This document shows positions 19,644-27,715 of a stretch of 64,000 nucleotides of DNA, in pieces. The translations under genes were made by a program, and so were the position numbers. The notes beneath the pieces are model-generated. The model did no database searches. It worked only from the letters and a program-made list of their open reading frames with translations, and was not told where the DNA came from. Position 1 is the stretch's first letter. Every line of letters starts with the position of its first letter. The DNA is from an uncultured virus (IMG/VR IMGVR_UViG_3300027278_000006) (taxonomy: Duplodnaviria; Heunggongvirae; Uroviricota; Caudoviricetes): the IMG/VR virus record IMGVR_UViG_3300027278_000006, positions 1 through 64,000 of that record. The stretch is one strand, 5' to 3'.

Positions 19644-20519
19644 TTATAAGTAGACAGCTCGACCGTCATTTCTATGGTATGTCATAATTATATCATCTTT
19701 TTTTATTTGATGCTTATTTTCATTATATACGTCATGTATCAACCACAATGGTTTATATGAAAATTTTTCATTTATTTCAAAATAAGTTTCAATAGGCATT
19801 GATTCCATACTCCAATTCCTCATAATACCATACTCTTTTAAATTAATTAAGTCATAACCTTTATAAAGAACACAATAATAAATGTACGGTATGTAATCAA
19901 ATACCCACCAAGTTAACTTATTTACAAATGTTTCATAATTTTCAAAATTTATAAATTCAAAGAATTCTGAAGCAATTTTAGTATCATAAATTGGAATATC
20001 AGAAAACCAAAAATAATGAGTCAAACCACACGTTTTATTTTTTAATTCTTCATTATTTTGATCAAAAAATTTTGAAGGATGCCCCATTATATCCTTTGCT
20101 ATTTCTAACCTATTTTCATTTAAGGATGCTCCAAAAATTTTCTTTTTATCACAATACTGTTTAAATTTTTCATATACATTATCTATAGATACAAATTCAA
20201 TTTCAGAATCAACTGCTGCAATGTATTCATATCTATTCTTCAGCATGTTTATAGCATAATATTTTTTAAAAGTAATTATTGTATTAGAATTGACAATATT
20301 AGAAATAAAATTACGATTAAATTTTTCTTCTAATACTATAGTATTATATATTTGATTCAAATTACATGACTTTAAAATATCTAAATCTTCATTATAAGAA
20401 AGAATAAAGTAGATATCAAAATCCAAGTCATTTGGGAGACTATCAAGAAAATTTAAATACCCATAATGAGGAGGATAAACCGGAATAACAAAGGCAACTT
20501 TGTTTGATTTTAATTTCAT
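19644..20519 (-). CDS. Hypothetical protein (possible glycosyltransferase)
   Basis: VAFVIPVYP, VDSE; island context. Confidence 0.55.
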   Translation of the reverse strand: MKLKSNKVAFVIPVYPPHYGYLNFLDSLPNDLDFDIYFILSYNEDLDILKSCNLNQIYNTIVLEEKFNRNFISNIVNSNTIITFKKYYAINMLKNRYEYIAAVDSEIEFVSIDNVYEKFKQYCDKKKIFGASLNENRLEIAKDIMGHPSKFFDQNNEELKNKTCGLTHYFWFSDIPIYDTKIASEFFEFINFENYETFVNKLTWWVFDYIPYIYYCVLYKGYDLINLKEYGIMRNWSMESMPIETYFEINEKFSYKPLWLIHDVYNENKHQIKKDDIIMTYHRNDGRAVYL

Positions 20520-21481
20520 TATTGTTGATAACCTAATTTATAATGAATTTTTTTAAGCAAATTAGTTTCATAATCAAGACCATCAATCATACCAATACCC
20601 CACACATTATGATTGGAATTATGAATAGTATTATAAGTCAAATGAATTGAAAATCCATTCTTGATGTAGAAAGTCTTTTTATTAAATGTATTTTTAAAAC
20701 TATTAAATGCAACTTCATCAAAAGCATCACCTCCAGACATATTAAGAAAACTTTTCCAATCCTTAGTTTTAACAAGAAAAACACTATTTGTATAATAAGG
20801 ACGATTAAATTCTTCAATAGAGTAATCTTGCTTATCAATTATTTTATCAAAGTTATCTACAATATAATCATTTAAGATAACTTGCGATTCTGCACAAATA
20901 CGAATAGGATGAATCCCTTTATAATAATGATCTATTCGACTAACACCTTCATAAAAAGCAGAAGGATTCCAAGATGATGCTTGAAGTGTATATTCATTAA
21001 GAGGAGAATAGTCTACACCCCAAAGTCCATTTGGCATATCTCTTTTTAAGAAATAAGAATAGATTTCATTTTTAATAAATTCATCAGTAATAAAAGATTC
21101 TATAAATTCATCCACCAAAGGAATATTGTTTGAAAGTAATGGTGCTAGAATGAAATTATCATCAGATTCTAAAATATCAACATTTTCAATCATATAATCC
21201 CATACATGATTACCAATAAAGCAATCTTCATCTAATTTTACAGAATATTCTGTATTTTGGGAAACGGCATATTGTATTTTTGACATATAGTTATATCCGG
21301 AATTAAATGAAACTATATTTGTTTCTATACCATCAAGTATTTCAAAATCAGCATTATGAGTTGTAAGAATATTAACTCTAATTTTTGATTTATTTTGTTC
21401 TTTGATTAAATTAAGAAAATGTTTTGTAATATTCCAAAAATTATTGGAACGATCATGAGCAAGATAATTAATAGTTATCAT
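20519..21481 (-). CDS. Hypothetical protein (possible glycosyltransferase)
   Basis: VKLDEDCF DxD-like motif. Confidence 0.55.
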   Translation of the reverse strand: MITINYLAHDRSNNFWNITKHFLNLIKEQNKSKIRVNILTTHNADFEILDGIETNIVSFNSGYNYMSKIQYAVSQNTEYSVKLDEDCFIGNHVWDYMIENVDILESDDNFILAPLLSNNIPLVDEFIESFITDEFIKNEIYSYFLKRDMPNGLWGVDYSPLNEYTLQASSWNPSAFYEGVSRIDHYYKGIHPIRICAESQVILNDYIVDNFDKIIDKQDYSIEEFNRPYYTNSVFLVKTKDWKSFLNMSGGDAFDEVAFNSFKNTFNKKTFYIKNGFSIHLTYNTIHNSNHNVWGIGMIDGLDYETNLLKKIHYKLGYQQ

Positions 21482-22172
21482 TTTTTACCATTGATAGGTT
21501 TACGATATTTAATGGTGTACCATAAAAATTATGTATATAAGAAACAATATTTTCAAATCCGGAGTATGAAAACATTTTCTCTACCAATTCTATATTAAAA
21601 GTGTGGTGATGTACAACTCTTGTAAGATAATTTATTTCACATAGTTCATAAAAATTAACAAGTCCACCAGCACTCCAATCATGTAATTTTTTTTGTTCTT
21701 CAATATGGGTTGTATCATTTTCACCAATATTTTTTTTATAGTCTGAAATTAAATGCTCTAAGGTTGTTAATGGTCTTTTCCTATCAAAACAAAAATCTTT
21801 ATTAGGTATGATGGATAAAACATACCCATCAGGTTTTAAAACATATTTTTTCCACAAATTTAAAGTATTGATAGGATTGGCAAAATGCTCTATAGCATGA
21901 GAGGTAACTATAAAATCATATCTTTCCGACAAAGAAAGTTGTTTTTCATTTGTACAATCAATGTCAAATTGCTTTCCAATTTTTTCGGAATAGGTAAAAT
22001 TTGACCCTATATTGGATTGAAAATAATTATTATTCAATATATTACCACCATCAAGATTTACATGAGGATATAAGTGTAGGTTATGTTCTGGCACACTAAA
22101 AAGTCCAGTTGGTCCACCAAACTCTATTCCTTTTTTATTTCTTAAAGTTTCTACAATTAATTGAAATGACAT
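21468..22172 (-). CDS. Class I SAM-dependent methyltransferase
   Basis: GIEFGGP, YDFIVTSHAIEH, LKPDG. Confidence 0.8.
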   Translation of the reverse strand: MSFQLIVETLRNKKGIEFGGPTGLFSVPEHNLHLYPHVNLDGGNILNNNYFQSNIGSNFTYSEKIGKQFDIDCTNEKQLSLSERYDFIVTSHAIEHFANPINTLNLWKKYVLKPDGYVLSIIPNKDFCFDRKRPLTTLEHLISDYKKNIGENDTTHIEEQKKLHDWSAGGLVNFYELCEINYLTRVVHHHTFNIELVEKMFSYSGFENIVSYIHNFYGTPLNIVNLSMVKNDNY

Positions 22173-22190
22173 AATTTTTTTGTAGGGTAT

Positions 22191-22796
22191 TTAACTCCTG
22201 ATTAAAAATATTAGATCGTCCCACCTACCTTTCTTATCACGTAAATCAATACATTCAACACAATACTCAACTTGATTATCAATAGATTCGCAAACTTCTT
22301 TAGATTTATCAATTAAAATATCAAAATGCTCTACACTTTGAATATCTTCAATTATAAAAAGTCCATTTTGCTTCAATTTCGGCAAATAAAATTTAATAGA
22401 TTTTAATTGACTTTCCAAAGTATGAGGACCATCATCAATAATAATATCAAATTGTTTGAATTTTTTAGAAAACTTTTCATCATATGCATCACCAAAATGC
22501 ATGATTATGCCATCAATATTTTTATATCTTTGATCTATTTTTTCATCCGATATATCAACTCCAACAACAGATTTGGAATTTAAAAAATACTCTTTCCACA
22601 GTTTTAAGGAACCACCAGTTTCTATTCCAATTTCCAATAAATCAATTTTACTTTCTTTATAAGGTTCAAATTCCTTTTCATAAAAATTTTCAATGTAGCT
22701 ATGATAACTATTTTTATCAGTTCCTCCTTCAGTATAACCTTCATTTAAGAAGTCAGAATCTAAATTAAATTTATTCAAAATTTCAACCAATTTCAT
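22191..22796 (-). CDS. Class I SAM-dependent O-methyltransferase
   Basis: GTDK..HSY, LLEIGI..GGSL, DIIIDDGPH, IIED. Confidence 0.8.
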   Translation of the reverse strand: MKLVEILNKFNLDSDFLNEGYTEGGTDKNSYHSYIENFYEKEFEPYKESKIDLLEIGIETGGSLKLWKEYFLNSKSVVGVDISDEKIDQRYKNIDGIIMHFGDAYDEKFSKKFKQFDIIIDDGPHTLESQLKSIKFYLPKLKQNGLFIIEDIQSVEHFDILIDKSKEVCESIDNQVEYCVECIDLRDKKGRWDDLIFLIRS

Positions 22797-23455
22797 TTTT
22801 TATACTCCATTGTATCGTATCTATGAAGATGTCTTTCATATACATTTATATATGAGTTCCAAAGACTTTTTAATTTACCATTGCCCATACCAATCCAAAA
22901 TTCGCAGTTGTGCCTTATGGATAGTATGGGAGGAATCTTTGGAAACTTAATTTCATCTATAGTTGGAAGTTGTTTAATATATGAAGAATTTGCCCACCAA
23001 AAATTTCCAGAATAATGAGTCGCTGGTTCACTTACCAAATCAACACCACAAGAATCATACTCATCCAACATATCAAAACACTTCTGATATTGATTGACGT
23101 TGAAATAAGTCATATACTGACGCCAATCATCAATACACAAATTATCTGGAGTCGTTACTCCTTTTGTGTGGAGGTATAAAATTCCATACTTTTCATTCAC
23201 CGAATCTGAAAATGTTTTGATTAAATTTAAAGTAAAAAATTCTCCAGACTCAATATAAGGATCTTTATAAATTTTAATTTTTTTATGTGAGGGAAAGATC
23301 AATTCACCATCACCAACAATGCAAAGATTTATCAATTTAACTTCATTAATTAGATTAGATTCTAGTATTTGTGAATAAATTTCATCAAAAATTTCTTGAT
23401 ATTTTCCAATGGTAGCTATGTGAAAATATATTACGCTTGGAATGTTGACTTTCAT
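22793..23455 (-). CDS. Hypothetical glycan-related protein
   Basis: YLHTKGV, HYSGNFWWA, CEFWI. Confidence 0.55.
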   Translation of the reverse strand: MKVNIPSVIYFHIATIGKYQEIFDEIYSQILESNLINEVKLINLCIVGDGELIFPSHKKIKIYKDPYIESGEFFTLNLIKTFSDSVNEKYGILYLHTKGVTTPDNLCIDDWRQYMTYFNVNQYQKCFDMLDEYDSCGVDLVSEPATHYSGNFWWANSSYIKQLPTIDEIKFPKIPPILSIRHNCEFWIGMGNGKLKSLWNSYINVYERHLHRYDTMEYKK

Positions 23456-23481
23456 AGTGAAATTTTTTCAATACTTATTTT

Positions 23482-24279
23482 TCAAATTACAATCCATCCT
23501 TGGCGATACAGATCCTTAGTGTCATGTGATAACGGCATCCCAAACCAATTTTTAGGTGCTACAGTTTTTTTACTGTTTGCTAACCACGAACCCCACCAAC
23601 TAAAAGAACTATTTACAATTATAGCATAAGAACATAGAGACATCAAGCAAAGATCTACTCCAGTACTATTCCCTTCTGAGAAAATAAAACGATCTTCTTG
23701 AAACAATTCTTGTTCTTTACACCATTCAATTTCATCAGAGAAAATCATTATTGGGATATCTTCTGGCATATGAGAGAGTCCTTGAGAATAATATTCTAAA
23801 GACTGGACCGGATGATGAGAATATTTTAAATAATCTCCCCTACGCACATGGAGAGACACTACTTCAGTATCACCAAAATTTGATTTGAAGGATTCTTGTG
23901 TTGGTTCTTTTATTTCATCAACAAAAGTAAATGCGGTGCGAATATCTTCTTCAATGTGTTTGAAGTATTTTTCAGTCTGAAAATATCCATAAAGACTGAT
24001 ATTATCAGGACAATTATTCCATAAGTTTTGATCCAATTCAAAACATGATTCTGTTATTTTCGGGAAGTTTGTTACATATTTTGGTGCTTCTGGAATCTTA
24101 AAACACTCAAACATAGTGATATCTGAATTAAAGACATTAGGATCCCGTGTTGCTACTACTTCTCTTGGAGGAAGACAATACTCATATCCGTGCTTTGCAG
24201 CAAGACCACGAAGAGAAGTATATTGAAACATCTGGTTTCCAAGTCTACCCAGATTCCCCAAATCATCATTAGCAAGCAT
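23482..24279 (-). CDS. Glycosyltransferase family 11 (alpha-1,2-fucosyltransferase-like); probable start 24279
   Basis: GRLGNQMFQY, GYFQTEKYF, HVRRGDY, NSSFSWWG. Confidence 0.9.
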   Translation of the reverse strand: MLANDDLGNLGRLGNQMFQYTSLRGLAAKHGYEYCLPPREVVATRDPNVFNSDITMFECFKIPEAPKYVTNFPKITESCFELDQNLWNNCPDNISLYGYFQTEKYFKHIEEDIRTAFTFVDEIKEPTQESFKSNFGDTEVVSLHVRRGDYLKYSHHPVQSLEYYSQGLSHMPEDIPIMIFSDEIEWCKEQELFQEDRFIFSEGNSTGVDLCLMSLCSYAIIVNSSFSWWGSWLANSKKTVAPKNWFGMPLSHDTKDLYRQGWIVI

Positions 24280-24309
24280 ATATTTTTTATATAATAGAGT
24301 AATTATAGC

Positions 24310-24339
24310 AAAAAAGAGGAGTTTATGCAACTCCTCTTT
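24310..24339. terminator. Strong hairpin with flanking A/T runs
   Basis: AAAGAGGAGTT-TATGC-AACTCCTCTTT. Confidence 0.7.
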
Positions 24340-24345
24340 GGGGTC

Positions 24346-24540
24346 TTTAGGCTCGCCACTTATTCTTTGACTGGAAATAAGAAACCAGGCGGGAGTATTC
24401 TCCATCCGCACCACCAATTTTTTAAGGAAATTGGAAACCTATTGAGGGGTCATTTTGGATCCACCAGTGCTTTTAGAGTCTCTCCGTGACTAAAGGGGGG
24501 TTCATCACCGACCAGTACTTTTAGAGACTCTCCGTGTCTT
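24346..24540 (-). ncRNA. Tandem structured RNA modules; 3' pair resembles the cyanophage wcaG RNA motif
   Basis: Two H-type pseudoknots each followed by UGGYG, preceded by two 32-nt covarying repeats. Confidence 0.6.
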
Positions 24541-24781
24541 CATCATCATAATCTTTTACATAACAAGGAACTCTATCAGGATCCAACCAACGGGCATATT
24601 GATGGTCTTCCATAGCAGTCAAACATTGCATTTGATTATCAAACAGATAGATATCATTCCATCGTTTTGTATAATAGTCTTTTTTCTGAAGGCGATAATC
24701 GGGTTTGCCGTTGAGTTCAATAATACCCCTTTCAACAAACCGATATTCTTCCTTTTCAAGAATAACTTTAGATTGAATCAT
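24521..24781 (-). CDS. Hypothetical cyanophage protein
   Basis: 86 aa; GKPDYRLQ..WNDIYLFDNQMQC. Confidence 0.7.
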   Translation of the reverse strand: MIQSKVILEKEEYRFVERGIIELNGKPDYRLQKKDYYTKRWNDIYLFDNQMQCLTAMEDHQYARWLDPDRVPCYVKDYDDEDTESL

Positions 24782-24912
24782 TAGTTGATGTAAATATAAT
24801 CTGAGTGTTGTTGCTTAAAAATATCAATTTGTTCTTGTGTCTTAAAAAACTTACGCAAAAGAGCATTTGGAAATTTTGCGTATTGGTACTTAACTTCGAT
24901 TAGATTTTTCAT
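24781..24912 (-). CDS. Small hypothetical protein (43 aa)
   Basis: MKNLIEVKYQYAKFPNALLRKFFKT..; stop/start overlaps on both sides. Confidence 0.5.
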   Translation of the reverse strand: MKNLIEVKYQYAKFPNALLRKFFKTQEQIDIFKQQHSDYIYIN

Positions 24913-25127
24913 TTTGTTACTTCAACGGTCTCAAGGTCTTGGACAATATAATCGATTAGAATATCATAATTATCGAGAGGGTCGTCAGAAAAAATAACTC
25001 CTTCATTTTGATAGAACTTACGGACTTTCTTGTAAAGTTTCGGATTCTTTACATCAAGATAAAAATCACCATTCGCTGCGGCACGAAGAGTACTAATATC
25101 TTTCTTGAATTTGATAGTCAGAGACAT
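24909..25127 (-). CDS. Hypothetical cyanophage protein
   Basis: 72 aa downstream of a consensus promoter. Confidence 0.7.
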   Translation of the reverse strand: MSLTIKFKKDISTLRAAANGDFYLDVKNPKLYKKVRKFYQNEGVIFSDDPLDNYDILIDYIVQDLETVEVTK

Positions 25128-25150
25128 CGCTTTGATTTGTTTACCTTGTT

Positions 25151-25202
25151 ATTATAGAGTGATTTGAGTTTTATGTCAAGTGTGCCAGTCATGAAACTGG
25201 CA
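25151..25202 (-). promoter_or_regulatory. Sigma70 promoter with upstream palindrome TGCCAGT-N6-ACTGGCA
   Basis: TTGACA-N17-TATAAT; palindrome 3 nt upstream of the -35 box. Confidence 0.8.
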
Positions 25203-25203
25203 A

Positions 25204-25275
25204 TCGGGGTGACTGGGATCGAACCAGTGTCTTTTTGCTCCCAAAGCAAACCGTCTACCTCTGACTTACACCCCG
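25204..25275 (-). tRNA. tRNA-Pro(UGG)
   Basis: Cloverleaf; anticodon loop UUUGGGA; no encoded CCA. Confidence 0.9.
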
Positions 25276-25300
25276 TTATTTTATATAGTCTTCAATTAAA

Positions 25301-25382
25301 AGGAAAATAATAGAATCGAACTATCAGGCGTGAACCTGGCATCGCTTTCAAGGCGATTTACCAACCATCGGTGCTATCTTCC
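25301..25382 (-). tRNA. tRNA-Ser(UGA), non-canonical 8/4 fold
   Basis: 8-bp acceptor GGAAGAUA/UAUUUUCC, 4-bp T stem AUAG/CUAU, long variable arm, loop CUUGAAA. Confidence 0.75.
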
Positions 25383-25393
25383 AATAAAAACTA

Positions 25394-25654
25394 TCAACGG
25401 ACATCAAAATCAAGTCGTCTTACTTTACGCTGACGCCTTGCTTCTTGGAAGGCAAGGTCTTCATTCGTAAGAACAGTAGACTTTTCTTTGGTACTCATAT
25501 AGTTTATCATAACAACCTTTGATAAGTCAAGTGCAGCAACATTTTCATTATTGCGAATGGTTGCCATATTAGGGCATCCACACGCAACTGTTTTTCCAGA
25601 CTTTCCTTCTATCTCACTTCCGCAAGACTTACATCTAATTTTTAAGTTTTCCAT
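25394..25654 (-). CDS. Small zinc-ribbon protein
   Basis: CKSC..CGCPN. Confidence 0.7.
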   Translation of the reverse strand: MENLKIRCKSCGSEIEGKSGKTVACGCPNMATIRNNENVAALDLSKVVMINYMSTKEKSTVLTNEDLAFQEARRQRKVRRLDFDVR

Positions 25655-25666
25655 CTTTATAATTAA

Positions 25667-26101
25667 TTATTCAGTAAATGAACGAAGCATCCAAACGAAC
25701 TTGCCGTGTGCTTCGTTTAAATCATCAACAAGATTGACAGTTCCTCTTGACTTTTGTGCTTCTGCTTCTTCAGCAACTTCACCTAACATATCTATAATCT
25801 TTTTGTGTCCCTCAAGTAAATCTTTAATCATTTCCATTTCAGAAATATTAGTTTTTGCTTCCTCAACACCAGATACTTCCAGAACTCTAGATAAAGAGCT
25901 GATAGGTTTAATAGTCAAAAATCTCATATGTTCTGAGATACGATCAACTTCTTCTTGAATTTCTGCGTATTGGTCCCCAAACAAATCGTGAATCTGTTTA
26001 AAGTCAGGTCCTACAATATGCCAGTGATATACCCAAGTTTTTTGGAATAGCAAAAAAAGTGATGCCTGAGTATCACTTAATAATTTATAAAGTTTTTCCA
26101 T
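25667..26101 (-). CDS. dps: Dps/ferritin-like protein
   Basis: YHWHIVGPDF..IHDLF..VDRISE; TATAAATA at 26121-26128. Confidence 0.88.
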   Translation of the reverse strand: MEKLYKLLSDTQASLFLLFQKTWVYHWHIVGPDFKQIHDLFGDQYAEIQEEVDRISEHMRFLTIKPISSLSRVLEVSGVEEAKTNISEMEMIKDLLEGHKKIIDMLGEVAEEAEAQKSRGTVNLVDDLNEAHGKFVWMLRSFTE

Positions 26102-26129
26102 TACACCAATACTTTTTAGGTATTTATAA

Positions 26130-26201
26130 TGGGCGATACTGGGATCGAACCAGTGACCTAATCCGTGTAAAGGATCCGCGCTACCTCTACGCTAATCGCC
26201 C
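26130..26201 (-). tRNA. tRNA-Val(UAC)
   Basis: Cloverleaf; loop UUUACAC. Confidence 0.9.
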
Positions 26202-26207
26202 GTAAAG

Positions 26208-26372
26208 TCAAGACTGATTCATCATATATTCTACCGTAGTTGCTATATCATTCATAGCATCACGGAGATTTTCTCTTTGACCAGATTCTTGTTTACGAAT
26301 TGGACGAGAACTATCACAGAGAGTCCACCTCCACTGATTCATTTCGGAGCAGAACCACAGATTAATTTTCAT
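26208..26372 (-). CDS. Small hypothetical protein (54 aa)
   Basis: MKINLWFCSEMNQWRWTL..QESGQRENLRDAMNDIA. Confidence 0.65.
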   Translation of the reverse strand: MKINLWFCSEMNQWRWTLCDSSRPIRKQESGQRENLRDAMNDIATTVEYMMNQS

Positions 26373-26556
26373 TCTTATAGTGTTCTAACTTAATCCAATT
26401 TATAAGAGCATTTACTTCCATCATCTTTTGTTCATCTTGTTTAATGGCGATATCAGAAGGAAGTTCTCCAAAGTTAATGATTAATGGAATTGTAGTTTTA
26501 TAGTGTTCTAATGCTTCGATAGCAAGTTTTCTATCACGCTGGGAAATAAGAGACAT
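26362..26556 (-). CDS. Hypothetical protein
   Basis: 64 aa; GGAGG RBS; promoter TTGACA-N17-TATAAT at 26578-26606. Confidence 0.7.
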   Translation of the reverse strand: MSLISQRDRKLAIEALEHYKTTIPLIINFGELPSDIAIKQDEQKMMEVNALINWIKLEHYKNEN

Positions 26557-26618
26557 AATCCTCCGAATGCTATTTTGATTATACTAAAGAAGGGAGTCGT
26601 TGTCAACTCCCTTCAATA

Positions 26619-27584
26619 TCATTCACCAATAAGTTTCACGGCAGATTGTGCTCGTGATTGGATTGCGTCCTTGAGAGGAACATATCCAAGGTCATCAGCA
26701 AGTGCCTGTGCCTTATCACTCAACATATAATTAATTGCTTCTCTGATAGATGCTGCTTTAGGACCATTACCAGTCTTATAGGCAAGAACATAAGTCAAAG
26801 TGGCAATAGGATAAGCACCGCTGGCAGAAGGATTGGGATTTTGTCCAGCAAGATTTTTATCTAACTGAATACCATTCAGTGCCTTGGAACCAGAAACATA
26901 ACTGGGGAGAACAAACTCACCAGACTTATTCTGAACTGCTGCTGCTTTCAGATTACCTTTCACAAAGGATTGGTTGAGATAACCAATTGAACCGGGAGTA
27001 GTTTGGAGAACACCAGCAACACCTTCATTACCTTTACCACCAACACCAACTTTCCAATTTACAGATTTACCGACACCAAGAGTCCATTCCTTGGAGAAGG
27101 ACTGAAGTGACTCTGTAAAGGCAGCAGTGGTTCCAGAACCATCGGAACGGTGTGAAACATAAATCTTACCACCAGGACATCCAAGTTCCTTCCAGTTATC
27201 AATAGAACCCATAAAGACTGATACTACTTGTTTCTGAGTCAGTTTCAGTTTACAAGAAGGATTGTTATAGGCAAGAGCAATAGTTCCACCAACAATCGGA
27301 ATTTGAACTACACCACGAGAAACCTTTGCTCTGTCCTTATCAGAGATGGGGTCATCAGTTGCTGCGAAGGTTACTGTTTGGTCAATAAATGCCTTACGAC
27401 CAGCACCAGAACCAACTGCCTGATAGTTTACTTTAGGACCACCAGATTTGGCAAGAGTGGAAAACCATCGTTGGTAAATAGTTGCTGGGAAAGTAGCACC
27501 AGCAACAGCAAGACGGTCAACTCCGGCAAGTGCGACAGTAGGAGCAAAAGCAAGACCGGCAACAATAATATTTTTGAGTTTCAT
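26619..27584 (-). CDS. pstS: Periplasmic phosphate-binding protein
   Basis: Signal peptide; GATFP, VGSGAG, HRSDGSGTT, GKGNEGV, YPI. Confidence 0.95.
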   Translation of the reverse strand: MKLKNIIVAGLAFAPTVALAGVDRLAVAGATFPATIYQRWFSTLAKSGGPKVNYQAVGSGAGRKAFIDQTVTFAATDDPISDKDRAKVSRGVVQIPIVGGTIALAYNNPSCKLKLTQKQVVSVFMGSIDNWKELGCPGGKIYVSHRSDGSGTTAAFTESLQSFSKEWTLGVGKSVNWKVGVGGKGNEGVAGVLQTTPGSIGYLNQSFVKGNLKAAAVQNKSGEFVLPSYVSGSKALNGIQLDKNLAGQNPNPSASGAYPIATLTYVLAYKTGNGPKAASIREAINYMLSDKAQALADDLGYVPLKDAIQSRAQSAVKLIGE

Positions 27585-27607
27585 AAAAAGTGAATAACTA
27601 CAGAGTA

Positions 27608-27652
27608 ATTCTAAGGTAAAGGGAAGATAAAATCAACTAAGATTTGGTTAAG
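27608..27652 (-). promoter_or_regulatory. Putative Pho box and -10 element upstream of pstS
   Basis: CTTAACCA, CTTAGTTG, TTTATCTT, CTTTACCT at 10-11 bp spacing, then TAGAAT. Confidence 0.6.
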
Positions 27653-27665
27653 AAGTTCATAACAT

Positions 27666-27692
27666 AAAAAAGCACCCAAAGAATGGGTGCTT
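27666..27692 (-). terminator. Terminator after the porin gene
   Basis: AAGCACCC/GGGTGCTT stem plus U-run. Confidence 0.7.
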
Positions 27693-27715
27693 ACACTCAA
27701 GTTATAAGTGATTTA

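Noticed and set aside
24280..24417. N-terminal extension of GT11
   Set aside because: Crosses a terminator and RNA modules; family similarity starts near 24279
25301..25382. tRNA-Sec or opal suppressor
   Set aside because: Anticodon on the coding strand is UGA (Ser), not UCA; no sel genes seen
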